Below, in pieces: positions 30,933 through 41,288 of a stretch of 64,000 bases of DNA. Under the pieces are notes generated by a model. The model searched no databases. It was given only the letters and a program-made list of their open reading frames with translations, and had not been told where the DNA came from. The translations under genes and the position numbers were made by a program. Source of the DNA: an uncultured Chloroflexia bacterium (GTDB taxonomy: Bacteria; Chloroflexota; Ktedonobacteria; Ktedonobacterales; Ktedonobacteraceae); NCBI GenBank assembly GCA_963791655.1, contig CAWBSZ010000001.1, positions 90,773 through 154,772 on the forward strand, read 5' to 3'. Each line of letters begins with the position of its first letter. Position 1 is the first letter of the stretch.

Positions 30933-32978
30933 ATGACTATAACCAGTGAGGTGCCATATATGACCGGACCAAAAGACTTTTTAGAATATCTTACCGCATT
31001 AATAGAACAAGCTGTAGACATATATCTTGAGCAAGAGCATATAGAAATTGACAAGCAACAACTTCCTATCGATCTTCGTTTCTCGGCACAAGCAAGTTTT
31101 GGCGATTATTCTATGCCAGTGATGCAATGGGCAGGGAAGAACAAGCTTAGCCGCCCACCATTACAAATTGCCGAGGTCATGAGAACAATTCTACATGATA
31201 TGCGTATCTCTTCAGTTGCGGAAATTACAGCGACGAAGCCGGGCTATATCAATTTTAGCCTTAATCGTTCCGAGGTTGGTAAAGCGATTATCGAACGCGT
31301 TGTGGATGCTGGCCCCGATTATGGACATAATGACGTAGGTATCGGCACCAAAGTTATTGTCGAGCATACCGCGATAAATCCTAATAAAGCCGCTCATGTA
31401 GGGCATATTCGCAATTCATGCATTGGTGATACCGTCGCACGTATGTTGCGTTCACAGGGTTACACAGTTGAGGTCGAGAACTATATCGACGACTCTGGTG
31501 TTCAGGTTGCCGATGTCGTCGTCGGGCTTCAATTGCTTCAAAAGGGCCAGCTACAACTTCCAGGTGGTAATGAGCAACTACCCCATGAGTCCTTTGACTA
31601 CTTTTGCTCCCGCGTGTATGTTGCTGTTGTGAAAGCGTATGACACTCAGCCAGAACTCAAAGACTTACGTAAAGTAGTGCTTCACGCTATTGAGCAAGGT
31701 GAAGAACCAGAGTCAGGGCCGGATTATCCCACGCTCGCATCCGATCTTTCGAGTCAGATTGTCCAGACGCATCTCAAGACAATGGCACGCCTCAACATTT
31801 CCTATGACTTGCTCACGTGGGAGTCTGCTATCCTGGGTGCAGGTCTCTGGAAACATACCTTTGACATGCTCCGCGAACGCGGCCTGCTTGAGAAACCAGA
31901 AACAGGTCCTGCTACTGGCTGCTGGATATTGCCTTTTGGTGATGAAAACGTTGAGGGGGAAGAAAACGAGCGCATGCAAGACAAAATTCTTGTGCGAAGC
32001 GATGGTACCGCTACCTATACAGCGAAGGACATCGCCACTCAATTATGGAAATTTGGCCTTGTTGATAATCAAATGGGTGTTGACTTGCACTACATTCCCT
32101 GGGGTGTACAACACGATGGCCGTGTTCTCTGGTCGATGCGGACTCCGAAGGATGTCGTTTCGCAGAGTGAAGAGGGCGATCCAAACCGCTTTGGACACGC
32201 GCAAAAAGCCATCAATGTTATTGATGTGCGCCAGTCTTATCCACAGCAAGTGGTGTATGAGAGCTTGCGACGACTCGGTTTTCCACAACAAGCCGATAAC
32301 TCGATGCATGTCTCCTACGAAGTCGTGACGCTTTCGAAGCCAACAGCGACAAGCCTTGGCGTTGATACGTCCGATGGGCGCAACTTTTACGCTATGTCTG
32401 GTCGTAAGGGGATCGAGATCAAGGTAGACGATCTAATTAACGAAGCGATACGGCGCATGCAAGAGGTCAAGGCCGATCTTCCCGAAGAAACAGTGTCCAT
32501 TCTTGCTGCCTCTGCTATTCGTTACTTTATGATTCGCTTTGGACTACAGCAGATTATCGCGTTGGATATAGATGAAGCCTTGCGCCCAAATGGTGATACA
32601 GGTGTTTATCTACAATATGCTTATGCACGAGCCAACAGCATTCAACGTCGTTTGCAAGAAGCAGGTTATGAGCTACCGGATTTTCTCGTTGATTTGCCCG
32701 AACAGCTTGAGCAGAGCGAGTGGGAACTTCTGCGCCATATCGACGCTTATCCACGCCGACTCGCCGAGGCCAGTACATCACTCGTTCCCTCGACGCTCTC
32801 GACCTATGTCTACGAACTGGCATCGCATTTTAGCGACTTCTATGAGCATACGCCACCGATTCTGAAAGAGACCAACGAACACATCAAAGCGTTCCGGGCT
32901 TCGCTAGTACGTGCCACCGTGCAAACAATGGATAACGCCCTACGCGTGCTCGGCTTTATCCCACTTGAACGCATTTAA
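30933..32978 (+). CDS. argS: arginine--tRNA ligase (long form)
   Basis: HIGH-type motif AAHVGHIRN, MSGRKG (KMSK-like) and a C-terminal anticodon-binding (DALR-like) region. Confidence 0.8.
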   Translation: MTITSEVPYMTGPKDFLEYLTALIEQAVDIYLEQEHIEIDKQQLPIDLRFSAQASFGDYSMPVMQWAGKNKLSRPPLQIAEVMRTILHDMRISSVAEITATKPGYINFSLNRSEVGKAIIERVVDAGPDYGHNDVGIGTKVIVEHTAINPNKAAHVGHIRNSCIGDTVARMLRSQGYTVEVENYIDDSGVQVADVVVGLQLLQKGQLQLPGGNEQLPHESFDYFCSRVYVAVVKAYDTQPELKDLRKVVLHAIEQGEEPESGPDYPTLASDLSSQIVQTHLKTMARLNISYDLLTWESAILGAGLWKHTFDMLRERGLLEKPETGPATGCWILPFGDENVEGEENERMQDKILVRSDGTATYTAKDIATQLWKFGLVDNQMGVDLHYIPWGVQHDGRVLWSMRTPKDVVSQSEEGDPNRFGHAQKAINVIDVRQSYPQQVVYESLRRLGFPQQADNSMHVSYEVVTLSKPTATSLGVDTSDGRNFYAMSGRKGIEIKVDDLINEAIRRMQEVKADLPEETVSILAASAIRYFMIRFGLQQIIALDIDEALRPNGDTGVYLQYAYARANSIQRRLQEAGYELPDFLVDLPEQLEQSEWELLRHIDAYPRRLAEASTSLVPSTLSTYVYELASHFSDFYEHTPPILKETNEHIKAFRASLVRATVQTMDNALRVLGFIPLERI

Positions 32979-33404
32979 GGTGCAGGGATCAATTATGCAG
33001 ATTGATGAAATAATGCGGCATGGCGTGCAGGCGCCAATGTCTTTTTGACGACTAGATACAACGTGTGATAGAAGTAGAGGGGTATTGAGTGCTAGTGACC
33101 ATATCACTTTACTCAATTCCTTGCCTCACTTGGAGCTATAACCTTGCCAGAAGTACAAGTTGGCAGATCAGCCTTGCTAAAAGTACGATTTCTACGAGAG
33201 GCAATCTAGTATCGTCATATAGCACCTTAATGTGTATCTCAAGCGGTGCGAGTCTCATGTTGTCTGGTTGGTGGAGAAGCGGCGGGTCTGTCCCTGATAG
33301 GCAGGAATAGAGAGGATAGACCCACTTGAGAATTGGCATCTGCTTATCTAGAACTCACGTTTATTAGGCTCAGTAGAACACTCGAACTTTTATAGAATTG
33401 TTTC

Positions 33405-33998
33405 CTAGAGTTGATGGTTAGCTACTAGACTGATCAACTGTAATAATTGCTTCGTTATTGTAGCTTTGGATGCTTGAATACGCTCGATACTCCACTCATT
33501 CGCAGTACCAAAGATCGCCCAACTCAGAAATGTTGCGGTGGTTTGGGTGGTCATAGATGTATGAGGCGGCTTTGATGTGAGCATCTCCAACAGAATGTCT
33601 GTCAGCTCCTCCTGTAATGCTGCCTCGAACAACGGTCCATACTCCTTGTTCATGGGCCTGAAGTAGTTTTTATAGGAGGAGGCCATGAAATCCAGGATCG
33701 TATCAATCAACTGCTCGAAGGTAATGTCCCTGGCGTTCTGGCTCTGGAGGTGCTTGTCGGTCAGCGCTTTCCGAAAGATTTCTCTTTTCCATGCGGATAA
33801 CAATTCGTATTTATCGGTAAAGTGCGCGTAAAAAGTGACACGGTTCACACCAGCATGCTCAGTGATCCTTTGAATAGAAATCTTCCGTATACTTTTCTGT
33901 TCAGCCAAAAGCTCAGTGAAGCTATTAAGCAATAAACGACGCGTCCGAGCGACACGCGGGTCAAGCGTATTCATTTGGGTTGATAGTCCAGCCATCAA
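33405..33998 (-). CDS. TetR-family transcriptional regulator
   Basis: N-terminal HTH ISIQRITEHAGVNRVTFYAHF. Confidence 0.8.
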   Translation of the reverse strand: MMAGLSTQMNTLDPRVARTRRLLLNSFTELLAEQKSIRKISIQRITEHAGVNRVTFYAHFTDKYELLSAWKREIFRKALTDKHLQSQNARDITFEQLIDTILDFMASSYKNYFRPMNKEYGPLFEAALQEELTDILLEMLTSKPPHTSMTTQTTATFLSWAIFGTANEWSIERIQASKATITKQLLQLISLVANHQL

Positions 33999-34125
33999 TT
34001 TTATCCTTTCGTCGCGTAACCATACAGAAACACTGAAATGTCGTTGTATTTGGGAGCGGGAATGATTAAACTACAATCGTAGCTTATACGATAGACGTAT
34101 ATTAGTAAAGAGGAAAGGGATTCGT

Positions 34126-35034
34126 ATGAACGTATTTGTAACTGGTGCTAGTGGTCATATCGGCTCTGTCGTCGTACCTGAATTACTGAAAGCTGGACAC
34201 CACGTCGTCGGTCTGGCACGCTCCGACCAGTCTGCCGAAATATTGCGTCAAGCTGGTATCGAGGTACATCGCGGTTCGCTCGATGACCTGGATAGCTTAA
34301 AAAGAGCGGCTCAGGCAGCAGACGGCGTGATCCACCTGGCCTTTAAAGTCGATATGGCCTTTTCAGGAGATATGGAGGGTGCCGCACAGGCCGATCTGAA
34401 GGCATTAGAAGCATTAGGCGAAGCTCTTGTCGGCACCGGGAAGCCTCTGGTAGGCGTAAGCGGGACACTCCTGCTCGCGTTTGCCAATTTAGGCCGTACC
34501 GTACTTGAAACCGACGTACTGAAGTCCGGTCCCCGTATTAACTCTGAAAACTTCGTCATTGGACTTGCCGAGAAAAACGTCCGGTCATCGGTTGTTCGTC
34601 TCGCGCCGACCGTTCATGGGCCGCTCGATATCTCGGCGGCCTTTATGCCAACATTTATTCGTATCGCTCGCGAAAAGGGTGTCTCGGCCTACATTGGTGA
34701 AGGAGCCAATCGCTGGCCTGCCGTGCATGAACTCGACGCAGCATCCCTGTTTCGTTTAGCACTTGAAGCTGCACCAGCTGGCACCCGACTGCATGGTGTC
34801 GCTGATCAAGGCATCGCCTTTAAAGACATCGCCGAGACGATTGGACACCAACTGAACGTACCAGTAACCAGTATTTCTGCACAGGATGCTATTGAACACT
34901 TTAGCCATCTGAGCACCTTTGCTGCACTTGATAATCCGGCATCGAGTGCCGCTACCCAGGCGACGCTCAATTGGCATCCTACCCACCCAAGCCTCATTGA
35001 AGACCTTCGTGAAGGCGATTACTTCAAAGTGTAG
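34126..35034 (+). CDS. NAD(P)-binding SDR/NmrA-like oxidoreductase
   Basis: VFVTGASGHIGS Rossmann motif. 302 aa. Confidence 0.75.
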   Translation: MNVFVTGASGHIGSVVVPELLKAGHHVVGLARSDQSAEILRQAGIEVHRGSLDDLDSLKRAAQAADGVIHLAFKVDMAFSGDMEGAAQADLKALEALGEALVGTGKPLVGVSGTLLLAFANLGRTVLETDVLKSGPRINSENFVIGLAEKNVRSSVVRLAPTVHGPLDISAAFMPTFIRIAREKGVSAYIGEGANRWPAVHELDAASLFRLALEAAPAGTRLHGVADQGIAFKDIAETIGHQLNVPVTSISAQDAIEHFSHLSTFAALDNPASSAATQATLNWHPTHPSLIEDLREGDYFKV

Positions 35035-35109
35035 CAATCAAACAGGTTAGCATTGGGCTATAAACCCGCTTCTGTTGGCACCCGTTTGGAACGTCCTCGT
35101 CTTGTTGCA

Positions 35110-35418
35110 CTCTCACGAATGGTTGCGAGGGAGGGACGGCTGTAGGGTTCTGCATTCTATCACACCCTGTGGCAATTACCATTCTAGCAACACCATCCAC
35201 TGTCTGCACACTCTTTCTTTCATGATGCGTGGTGAGAGGTTGGTGAGACGAGTTCATCCGTCCTGCAAGAGAAGCGATGGGGACGAGGGTGTGATAGAAT
35301 GCAGACTCCTACATCGGGTTTGCGCTCACGAGAACGCGTGGTGGGCGAGAGGCGATGAGGGAAGCGATTGCCGCAAAGGGGTGATGGAATGCAGACCCGA
35401 CACCCGATTTCGTGAGAG
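35110..35418. repeat. cluster of three copies (one forward, two inverted) of a second REP-like family (GTAGGGTTCTGCATTCTATCACACCC)
   Basis: Copy 1 is at 35110-35167, ending gtagggttctgcattctatcacaccc. Inverted copy 2 starts gggtgtgatagaatgcagactcctac at 35287. Inverted copy 3 starts ggggtgatggaatgcagacccgac at 35378. Each is flanked by a ctcacga/tcgtgag segment. Confidence 0.7.
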
Positions 35419-35511
35419 TCGAGCACCGCAGAGAAACCCCGTCGAGGCTTTTCAAAGGGTTCAAATCAAGATGGGCAGACTACTATTAGTCAAAAAGACA
35501 CTGGGATGCCT

Positions 35512-35559
35512 GTAGGGATAGATGTATCCCGTACAAGGACGGGATACATCTATCCCTAC
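35512..35559. repeat. perfect hairpin GTAGGGATAGATGTATCCCGT / ACGGGATACATCTATCCCTAC
   Basis: 21-bp perfect arms with a 6-nt loop. It has the same GTAGGG...CCCTAC termini as the other families. It lies 16 nt upstream of the next gene's start. Confidence 0.8.
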
Positions 35560-35575
35560 ATCTGAGAGGTATATT

Positions 35576-36166
35576 ATGAAACGAGACATCGTTTGGTCGC
35601 GCCTGGATGAACCAGGAATGGAGCACTTACATCTTACAGAGGGACAACATGGCATTACCGCTAATGGCCTCATTCTTGCTGTGAAGGAAAACGTTCCCTC
35701 TCGTATCAGGTATACTGTTCATTGCGACCCATCATGGCATGTTCGTGAAGTACGTGTAGACACACTGGACCGTTCCATTCCACAGATACATCTAAAAACC
35801 AATGGTACAGGGCATTGGAAAACAAGCACTGATGAACGAGTGGTAGAATTAGATGGTTGTATTGACGTGGATATTTCTGCAACGCCATTTACCAACACGG
35901 TTGCTATACAACGCCTGAACTTAGCCATTGGTGAAGTTGCAGAAATAACTGTTGCCTATATCAATGTGCCAACAATGCAAGTTACAGCCGTAAAGCAACA
36001 TTACACGCGTTTAGAGGACAATGACGATGGCGAACATTATCAGTACGCAGGCTATCCAAGCGGCTATCAAGCCGAACTGGTAGTTGACCGCGATAAGCTC
36101 GTTATCGCATATCCTGAACTTTTTATGCGTGTCTGGTCAAGTGAAGAGATAGCTGCACAACAGTAA
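35576..36166 (+). CDS. putative glycolipid-binding domain protein (hypothetical)
   Basis: Start at ATG 35576 after GAGAGG. The IVWSRLDEPGMEHLHL N-terminus resembles that family from memory. Confidence 0.5.
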   Translation: MKRDIVWSRLDEPGMEHLHLTEGQHGITANGLILAVKENVPSRIRYTVHCDPSWHVREVRVDTLDRSIPQIHLKTNGTGHWKTSTDERVVELDGCIDVDISATPFTNTVAIQRLNLAIGEVAEITVAYINVPTMQVTAVKQHYTRLEDNDDGEHYQYAGYPSGYQAELVVDRDKLVIAYPELFMRVWSSEEIAAQQ

Positions 36167-36180
36167 GAGGAGAGTTAGCA

Positions 36181-37059
36181 ATGGTAGAAAAGAAACGTTT
36201 GCGCTTTGGTATAAAAACCGCGCCTCAAAATACCACATATCAAGACATGCTTCGTGTCTGGCTCGAAGCTGACGAAGTACCGACTATCGAACACGCATGG
36301 CTATTCGATCACTTTATGCCACTTGGCAACGACCCGACAGGACCGTGTTTGGAGGGTTGGACGTTGTTGTCGGCGTATGCTGCTTTGACTAAAAGGTTAC
36401 GTGTGGGCTTGATGGTCACGGGCAACACCTATCGTCATCCAGCCGTATTAGCAAACATGGCGGCAACCATCGATATTATTTCAAATGGGCGACTCGATTT
36501 TGGTATTGGCGCGGGCTGGAACGAACTAGAGCATAGCGCCTATGGCATTCCTCTCTACGAACCCGGCGAACGCATCAAACGTATGGGGGAAGCATGTGAA
36601 GTCTTCCGTTTGTTGTGGACAGAAACGACGCCCAATTTTAATGGTAAGTATTACCAACTCAAGGATGCGTACTGTGAGCCAAAGCCAGTACAGAAACCAT
36701 ATCCTCCTATCACAATTGGAGGGAGTGGTGAGCAACTTACGCTACGCATGGTAGCGAAATACGCCGATATCTGGAACTTTGTTGGTGGTTCTCCCGAGGT
36801 TTTCAAACACAAGAACGAAGTACTCGACGGACATTGTGCCAAGGTTGAGCGCGATCCCTCGACAATCGAACGCTCGATACAGGCTATGGTCAATCCAAAC
36901 GACATGCAAAGCACCATTACGACCATTCAGAGCTACATAGACCTCGGCGCAACGCATATTGTGCTGAACCTGAGACCACCATATCCAGAAGGAATTGCAC
37001 ACAGGTTGGCACAAGAAGTCATCGAGCCACTGCAAAAAGCGTATCAACCAACCGTGTAA
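36181..37059 (+). CDS. LLM-class (luciferase-like) F420/flavin-dependent oxidoreductase
   Basis: 292 aa. GRLDFGIGAGW and the overall LLM pattern. Confidence 0.75.
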   Translation: MVEKKRLRFGIKTAPQNTTYQDMLRVWLEADEVPTIEHAWLFDHFMPLGNDPTGPCLEGWTLLSAYAALTKRLRVGLMVTGNTYRHPAVLANMAATIDIISNGRLDFGIGAGWNELEHSAYGIPLYEPGERIKRMGEACEVFRLLWTETTPNFNGKYYQLKDAYCEPKPVQKPYPPITIGGSGEQLTLRMVAKYADIWNFVGGSPEVFKHKNEVLDGHCAKVERDPSTIERSIQAMVNPNDMQSTITTIQSYIDLGATHIVLNLRPPYPEGIAHRLAQEVIEPLQKAYQPTV

Positions 37060-37155
37060 CTAACGAGGAATGATATCATTCTTGCTGAGTGTTATCATAT
37101 GTACGAATATAGATACCAGTATTGTATAAAGTTATCTATTCCTTTTGGAGCAAAC

Positions 37156-37545
37156 ATGAACAAATTAACGGCTGAAGAAGAGCGCATTATAGTACATAAA
37201 GGCACGGAGAGACCGTTTAGTGGCGAATATGACCACTTTTTTAAGGATGGCACGTATGTGTGTCGTCGCTGTAATAATCCACTTTTCACGGCGAAGGCCA
37301 AGTTCGATTCGGGTTGTGGCTGGCCTAGCTTTGATGAGAACTTTCCCAATGCAGTCAAACGTCTACCCGATCCTGATGGCTATCGAACAGAAATTGAATG
37401 TGCCAACTGTGGAGCGCATCTGGGTCACGTTTTCCTGGGAGAGCGTTTAACCGACAAGAATACACGCCACTGTGTCAATTCACTGTCCATCCGTTTCATC
37501 GCAAAAGATAAAGAGTTGCCAGCAGTTCTGCACAATACTAAATAG
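37156..37545 (+). CDS. msrB: peptide-methionine (R)-S-oxide reductase
   Basis: CRRCNNPLF...CANCGAHLGHVF zinc CxxC pairs and the catalytic RHCVNS. Confidence 0.85.
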   Translation: MNKLTAEEERIIVHKGTERPFSGEYDHFFKDGTYVCRRCNNPLFTAKAKFDSGCGWPSFDENFPNAVKRLPDPDGYRTEIECANCGAHLGHVFLGERLTDKNTRHCVNSLSIRFIAKDKELPAVLHNTK

Positions 37546-37556
37546 CAGAATTAGTT

Positions 37557-37612
37557 TAAGGGATAGAGCATTGTCGCTACATACAATATGTATATGACTG
37601 CTCTATCCCTTA
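37557..37612 (+). terminator. hairpin after msrB
   Basis: taagggatagagca / tgctctatccctta (14-bp arms). Confidence 0.55.
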
Positions 37613-37629
37613 TATTATGAGGAGCACAT

Positions 37630-39036
37630 TTGGACCTAACCGAACTTACGCTTAGTGAGGCTGCCTCTTCAATATCGAAATCTGCGTTATCTCCAGTTGC
37701 ATTAGCACAAGCATGCCTTGCACGTATCGAGCAACTTGATCCGCTCCTTCACTGCTTTATTACACGTACCCCTGAACTCGCGGTTGCGGCAGCCAGAGAA
37801 GCTGATACTCAAATTCGTCAAGGTACATATCTCGGACCACTCCACGGTATTCCAATAGCGCTAAAAGATGTCTTTGAGCTACAAGATTTTCCCACGACTG
37901 GCGGTTCAAAAAGCTTAGCCTCCACTATCTCTACGACTGACAGTGCTGTCGTGGAGAAATTGAAAGAGGCTGGCATAAGTATTCTCGGCAAGCTCAATAT
38001 GTACGAATGGGCAATGAAGGCCGATAGCTATAATCCGACCTTTGGTATATGTAGAAATCCGTGTGATGTGGCGTATAGTGCCGGAGGTTCATCAAGTGGT
38101 TCAGCCGCAGCGGTAGCAGCCGAGATGTGTCCTGCTTCACTTGGGTCAGATACGGGTGGTTCCGTTCGAATTCCCGCTGCGCTCTGTGGGGTCGTTGGTT
38201 TAAAACCAACGTATGGACGTATCAGCACACGAGGTACACTTCCATTAAGCCTGAGTAGCGATCATGTTGGGCTACTTGCTCGACGTACGCTCGATGTTGC
38301 TTTGCTTTTGCAGGCACTCGCAGGTTATGATCCACTAAGCCCTTACTCGATCAATATGCCATGTGAGGATTATGCTACCCACATAAATGAAGGAGTGGGT
38401 GGACGACGTATCGCTGTTGCATATCAGCCATTCCTCCGAACTGAGGAACACGTTGATGAAAACATCCTGCAATCGGTACATGAAGCTGTACGAGTGTTAG
38501 AGCAACTAGGAGCATCCATTGATGAAGTGACCCTTCCATACGGGCCAGCCTTGAGAGATTGTAACGGTCTCATCGTCTTGAGCGAAGCCGCTGCAATTCA
38601 TCAGGCGCAACTAACAACAACATCAGAAGTGTTTAGTCGCGATGTATTGGAGTGTTTGAAAGAGGGTATGGCATTTACTGCTGTTGATTATATAAGGGCA
38701 CGAGAGACGCGAAGAGAAGCAAAACAACGTTTTAAGGACCTTTTTCAAGAGTACGACCTGGTTATCACGCCAACCGCACCAATTGCAGCTTTCCCTCTAT
38801 TAGAGAACGAGGCTACCAAAGCTGCACGTCCTTCGTTAACGGCTTTTACCTCGACTTGGAACCTGCTTGGTCTACCCGCTCTGTCGCTTCCTTGCGGTTT
38901 TACAAAACAAGATTTACCGATTGGCTTGCAGATAATCGGGCCAGCATGGTCGGAGGCAAAAGTATTGTCCGCAAGTTACGCCTATGAACAGGCAACAGAC
39001 TGGCATAAGATAAGACCTAAACTGAACGTTTTGTAA
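37630..39036 (+). CDS. amidase (GatA-like amidase signature family)
   Basis: TTG start after GGAG. Amidase signature GGSSSGSAAAVA. Confidence 0.8.
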   Translation: MDLTELTLSEAASSISKSALSPVALAQACLARIEQLDPLLHCFITRTPELAVAAAREADTQIRQGTYLGPLHGIPIALKDVFELQDFPTTGGSKSLASTISTTDSAVVEKLKEAGISILGKLNMYEWAMKADSYNPTFGICRNPCDVAYSAGGSSSGSAAAVAAEMCPASLGSDTGGSVRIPAALCGVVGLKPTYGRISTRGTLPLSLSSDHVGLLARRTLDVALLLQALAGYDPLSPYSINMPCEDYATHINEGVGGRRIAVAYQPFLRTEEHVDENILQSVHEAVRVLEQLGASIDEVTLPYGPALRDCNGLIVLSEAAAIHQAQLTTTSEVFSRDVLECLKEGMAFTAVDYIRARETRREAKQRFKDLFQEYDLVITPTAPIAAFPLLENEATKAARPSLTAFTSTWNLLGLPALSLPCGFTKQDLPIGLQIIGPAWSEAKVLSASYAYEQATDWHKIRPKLNVL

Positions 39037-39079
39037 TATTGTAGCTATTAATGTATAGGATGAAGCTACAAGTTGAGAT

Positions 39080-39166
39080 ATGATAGGGCAAGCTAAGACC
39101 ATAATAGGGGCAAGTTGCGAGCATAACAGGGGCAAGCTAAGACCGTGACAGAGGCAAGCTAAGACC
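39080..39166. repeat. tandem array of four 21-22-bp units (RTRAYAGGGGCAAGCTAAGACC)
   Basis: Units at 39080-39100, 39101-39122, 39123-39144 and 39145-39166. They are head-to-tail with no spacers, and a fifth partial unit starts the adjacent hairpin element. Confidence 0.8.
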
Positions 39167-39264
39167 ATGACAGGGGCAAGCCCTGTCACTACTATACTTC
39201 TCATCACTGCGTGACTTGTCACACTCGTCCGTGTATAGTAGTGGCAGGGCTTGCCCCTGTCATG
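39166..39264. repeat. REPIN-like doublet of the CATGACAGGGGCAAGCC family
   Basis: catgacaggggcaagccctgtcactactatacttctcatcac ... gtgtatagtagtggcagggcttgcccctgtcatg. These are two inverted copies of the unit seen once at 17521-17558. Confidence 0.75.
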
Positions 39265-39288
39265 CCCCACGCTACTTTGTAGGCTCTT

Positions 39289-40368
39289 TTACTCTTTTAC
39301 AAACGTTCGTCCAATCGCGGAAGCTATTTTCTCAACCTGGGGCATAAGTTCTCGGAACTGCTCGATGGTGAGCGATTGTGCTCCATCTTTGAGTGCCTCG
39401 TCGGGGTTGGGATGAACTTCGATGAGCAAGGCATCGGTTCCGACAGCTACGGATGCGAGCGACATTGGACCAACGAGGTCGCGACGACCAGTGCCCTGAC
39501 TGGGGTCAGAGATGATCGGCAGGTGTGATAGTTGCTTGATGAGCGGAATGGCACTGATATCCATTGTGTTACGCGTGATTTTCTCGAAAGTACGAATGCC
39601 ACGTTCACAGAGGATAACATTGCGATTGCCTTGCGAGAGAATGTATTCAGCCGCCAGAAGCCACTCTTCAAATGTTGCGGACATTCCACGCTTGAGAACG
39701 ACAGGGGTATTTGTGCGTCCAACTTCGTCGAGCAGCATATAGTTTTGCATGTTGCGTGTGCCAATCTGCAAGATATCGGCGTATTCGCATACCATTGGCA
39801 CATCGGTAGGAGTCATGACTTCAGTGATGATTGCCATGCCGAACTCTGATCGTGCTTTTCCCAGCAACTTCAAGCCAGCTTCGCCCATGCCACGAAAGCC
39901 GTATGGTGAGGTTGAAGGCTTGAAGGCACCGCCACGTAGTATGACTGCACCCTCTTTGCGCACCGCCTCAGCGGTTGTCATCAGTTGCTGTTCGCTCTCG
40001 ACGGTGCAGGGACCCGCCATCATCACTACTTCTTTGCCACCGACATGCACTACGCCCTCTTTGACACACGCGACTGGAATATCGACGATAGTATCTTGTG
40101 GATGAAACTCACGACTTGCAAGCTTATATGGTTTGGTGACACGTAGCACGCTCTCCACCCCTGGCAACCCCTCTAACGATTCACCTAAAGCGGGATTGAT
40201 ACCACCGATACTTCCTGGCGCACCTGAAGGTCCGACTGCGCCAAGCACACCAATAATTGTGCGCTCGACACCGCTTGAAGGATGGCCCGATAAGCCATGC
40301 TTCGACAAAAACGACATTACGTGGTTGATCTGTTCATCACTACTTGACGACTTCATCACGACAATCAT
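39289..40368 (-). CDS. 3-deoxy-7-phosphoheptulonate (DAHP) synthase, type I-beta with an N-terminal regulatory domain
   Basis: 359 aa. N-terminal ferredoxin-like extension [21 protein letters not shown]. Core motif [21 protein letters not shown] upstream. Confidence 0.8.
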   Translation of the reverse strand: MIVVMKSSSSDEQINHVMSFLSKHGLSGHPSSGVERTIIGVLGAVGPSGAPGSIGGINPALGESLEGLPGVESVLRVTKPYKLASREFHPQDTIVDIPVACVKEGVVHVGGKEVVMMAGPCTVESEQQLMTTAEAVRKEGAVILRGGAFKPSTSPYGFRGMGEAGLKLLGKARSEFGMAIITEVMTPTDVPMVCEYADILQIGTRNMQNYMLLDEVGRTNTPVVLKRGMSATFEEWLLAAEYILSQGNRNVILCERGIRTFEKITRNTMDISAIPLIKQLSHLPIISDPSQGTGRRDLVGPMSLASVAVGTDALLIEVHPNPDEALKDGAQSLTIEQFRELMPQVEKIASAIGRTFVKE

Positions 40369-40524
40369 GAAAATAGCTCCTTTATGCTAACTGAATACAA
40401 CAACCTGGCGTATAATGGCCAGAAATTACTTCGGCACATCCTAACACCATTGTCATGATTGCCTGACGATATTTGCTTTTCTGCGCTTTTGCGAGGTGTA
40501 TAAATCTTCCTTGTCAATTTCACA

Positions 40525-40610
40525 CATCGGCTGTAGGGACCGATTTATCACGTCCTTGTTAGGTATCGAAATGCCAAGAGGACGTGATAAATCGGTCCCT
40601 ACAGCCGATG
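40525..40610. repeat. REPIN-like hairpin, family 1
   Basis: catcggctGTAGGGACCGATTTATCACGTCCT ... AGGACGTGATAAATCGGTCCCTACagccgatg. The arm is identical to the 16894 copy over the first about 24 nt. Confidence 0.85.
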
Positions 40611-40674
40611 CTTATTGAATTTGTTTGCATGCACCATCAGACCTCTACAAAGTCTCTCTATCAGAGACGCACAG

Positions 40675-41046
40675 CTATCGGTTCGCGTTACTAAAACTTG
40701 GTCGCAGGTTCACGGCATCTCGAATATAGACATGCTGTATGTCAGCAATGCCTCGTTCTGTGTTGACATGCAAGAGGATACGGATACACTTTCCAAGACT
40801 TCCAGGGACAGGAATTTCAGACATACACATCAATGCTGTCTCAGTCCAACCAAGTGCGCGAGCAGCTAAAGCGGGAAACTCCGCGTTCAAATCCTCTGTC
40901 ATGGTAAAGGTTGCGCTTGCAACATCTTCCGTTTGTAACTCATTGCGCTCTATCATTAGTTGTAATAACTCTGTTGTGGCCGAGAGAATCTCCTCACGAT
41001 CGTTATGCTCAACAGTTGTCGCACCTCGGATACCTCGACAATACAT
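40675..41046 (-). CDS. aroH: chorismate mutase, AroH type
   Basis: 123 aa. N-terminal RGIRGATTV signature. Confidence 0.8.
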   Translation of the reverse strand: MYCRGIRGATTVEHNDREEILSATTELLQLMIERNELQTEDVASATFTMTEDLNAEFPALAARALGWTETALMCMSEIPVPGSLGKCIRILLHVNTERGIADIQHVYIRDAVNLRPSFSNANR

Positions 41047-41288
41047 ACGAATACATACCCCTTTCTGCCTGGATACCTACCTCTACGCTCCTTGCAAAAG
41101 TAGTTAAACACAGGTATGTCTATTGTACGAGATGTCAGCAAGCACACACTATACCTGATTGTGTCTTAGTGTACACGATGTTATGTAACTGGGGTATGTG
41201 CATAATATCCATTGAACGTGCGTAACTATCATGCAATTGCTTTCTGCGGAACATCGCTATTCGCTTAACATAGAGAGGTGTGAGTGTC

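Noticed and set aside
32979-33404. 425-bp gap between argS and the TetR gene, with ORFs 33089..33310 and 33136..33339, examined for a small RNA, tRNA or gene remnant
   Set aside because: I found no tRNA T-loop, tmRNA, SRP or RNase P signature, no REP-family termini and no protein-like translation. It is left unannotated rather than guessed.
39080-39166. Possible CRISPR array (regular about 22-bp repeats)
   Set aside because: The units are directly head-to-tail with no spacers. There are only four units and no cas genes nearby. The units are derived from the end of the adjacent hairpin element.
41047-41288. Second T-box or attenuator between trpA and aroH
   Set aside because: There is no GGTGGTACC-type T-box core, no Trp-codon-rich leader peptide and no convincing terminator. 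It is probably just spacer or an internal promoter.
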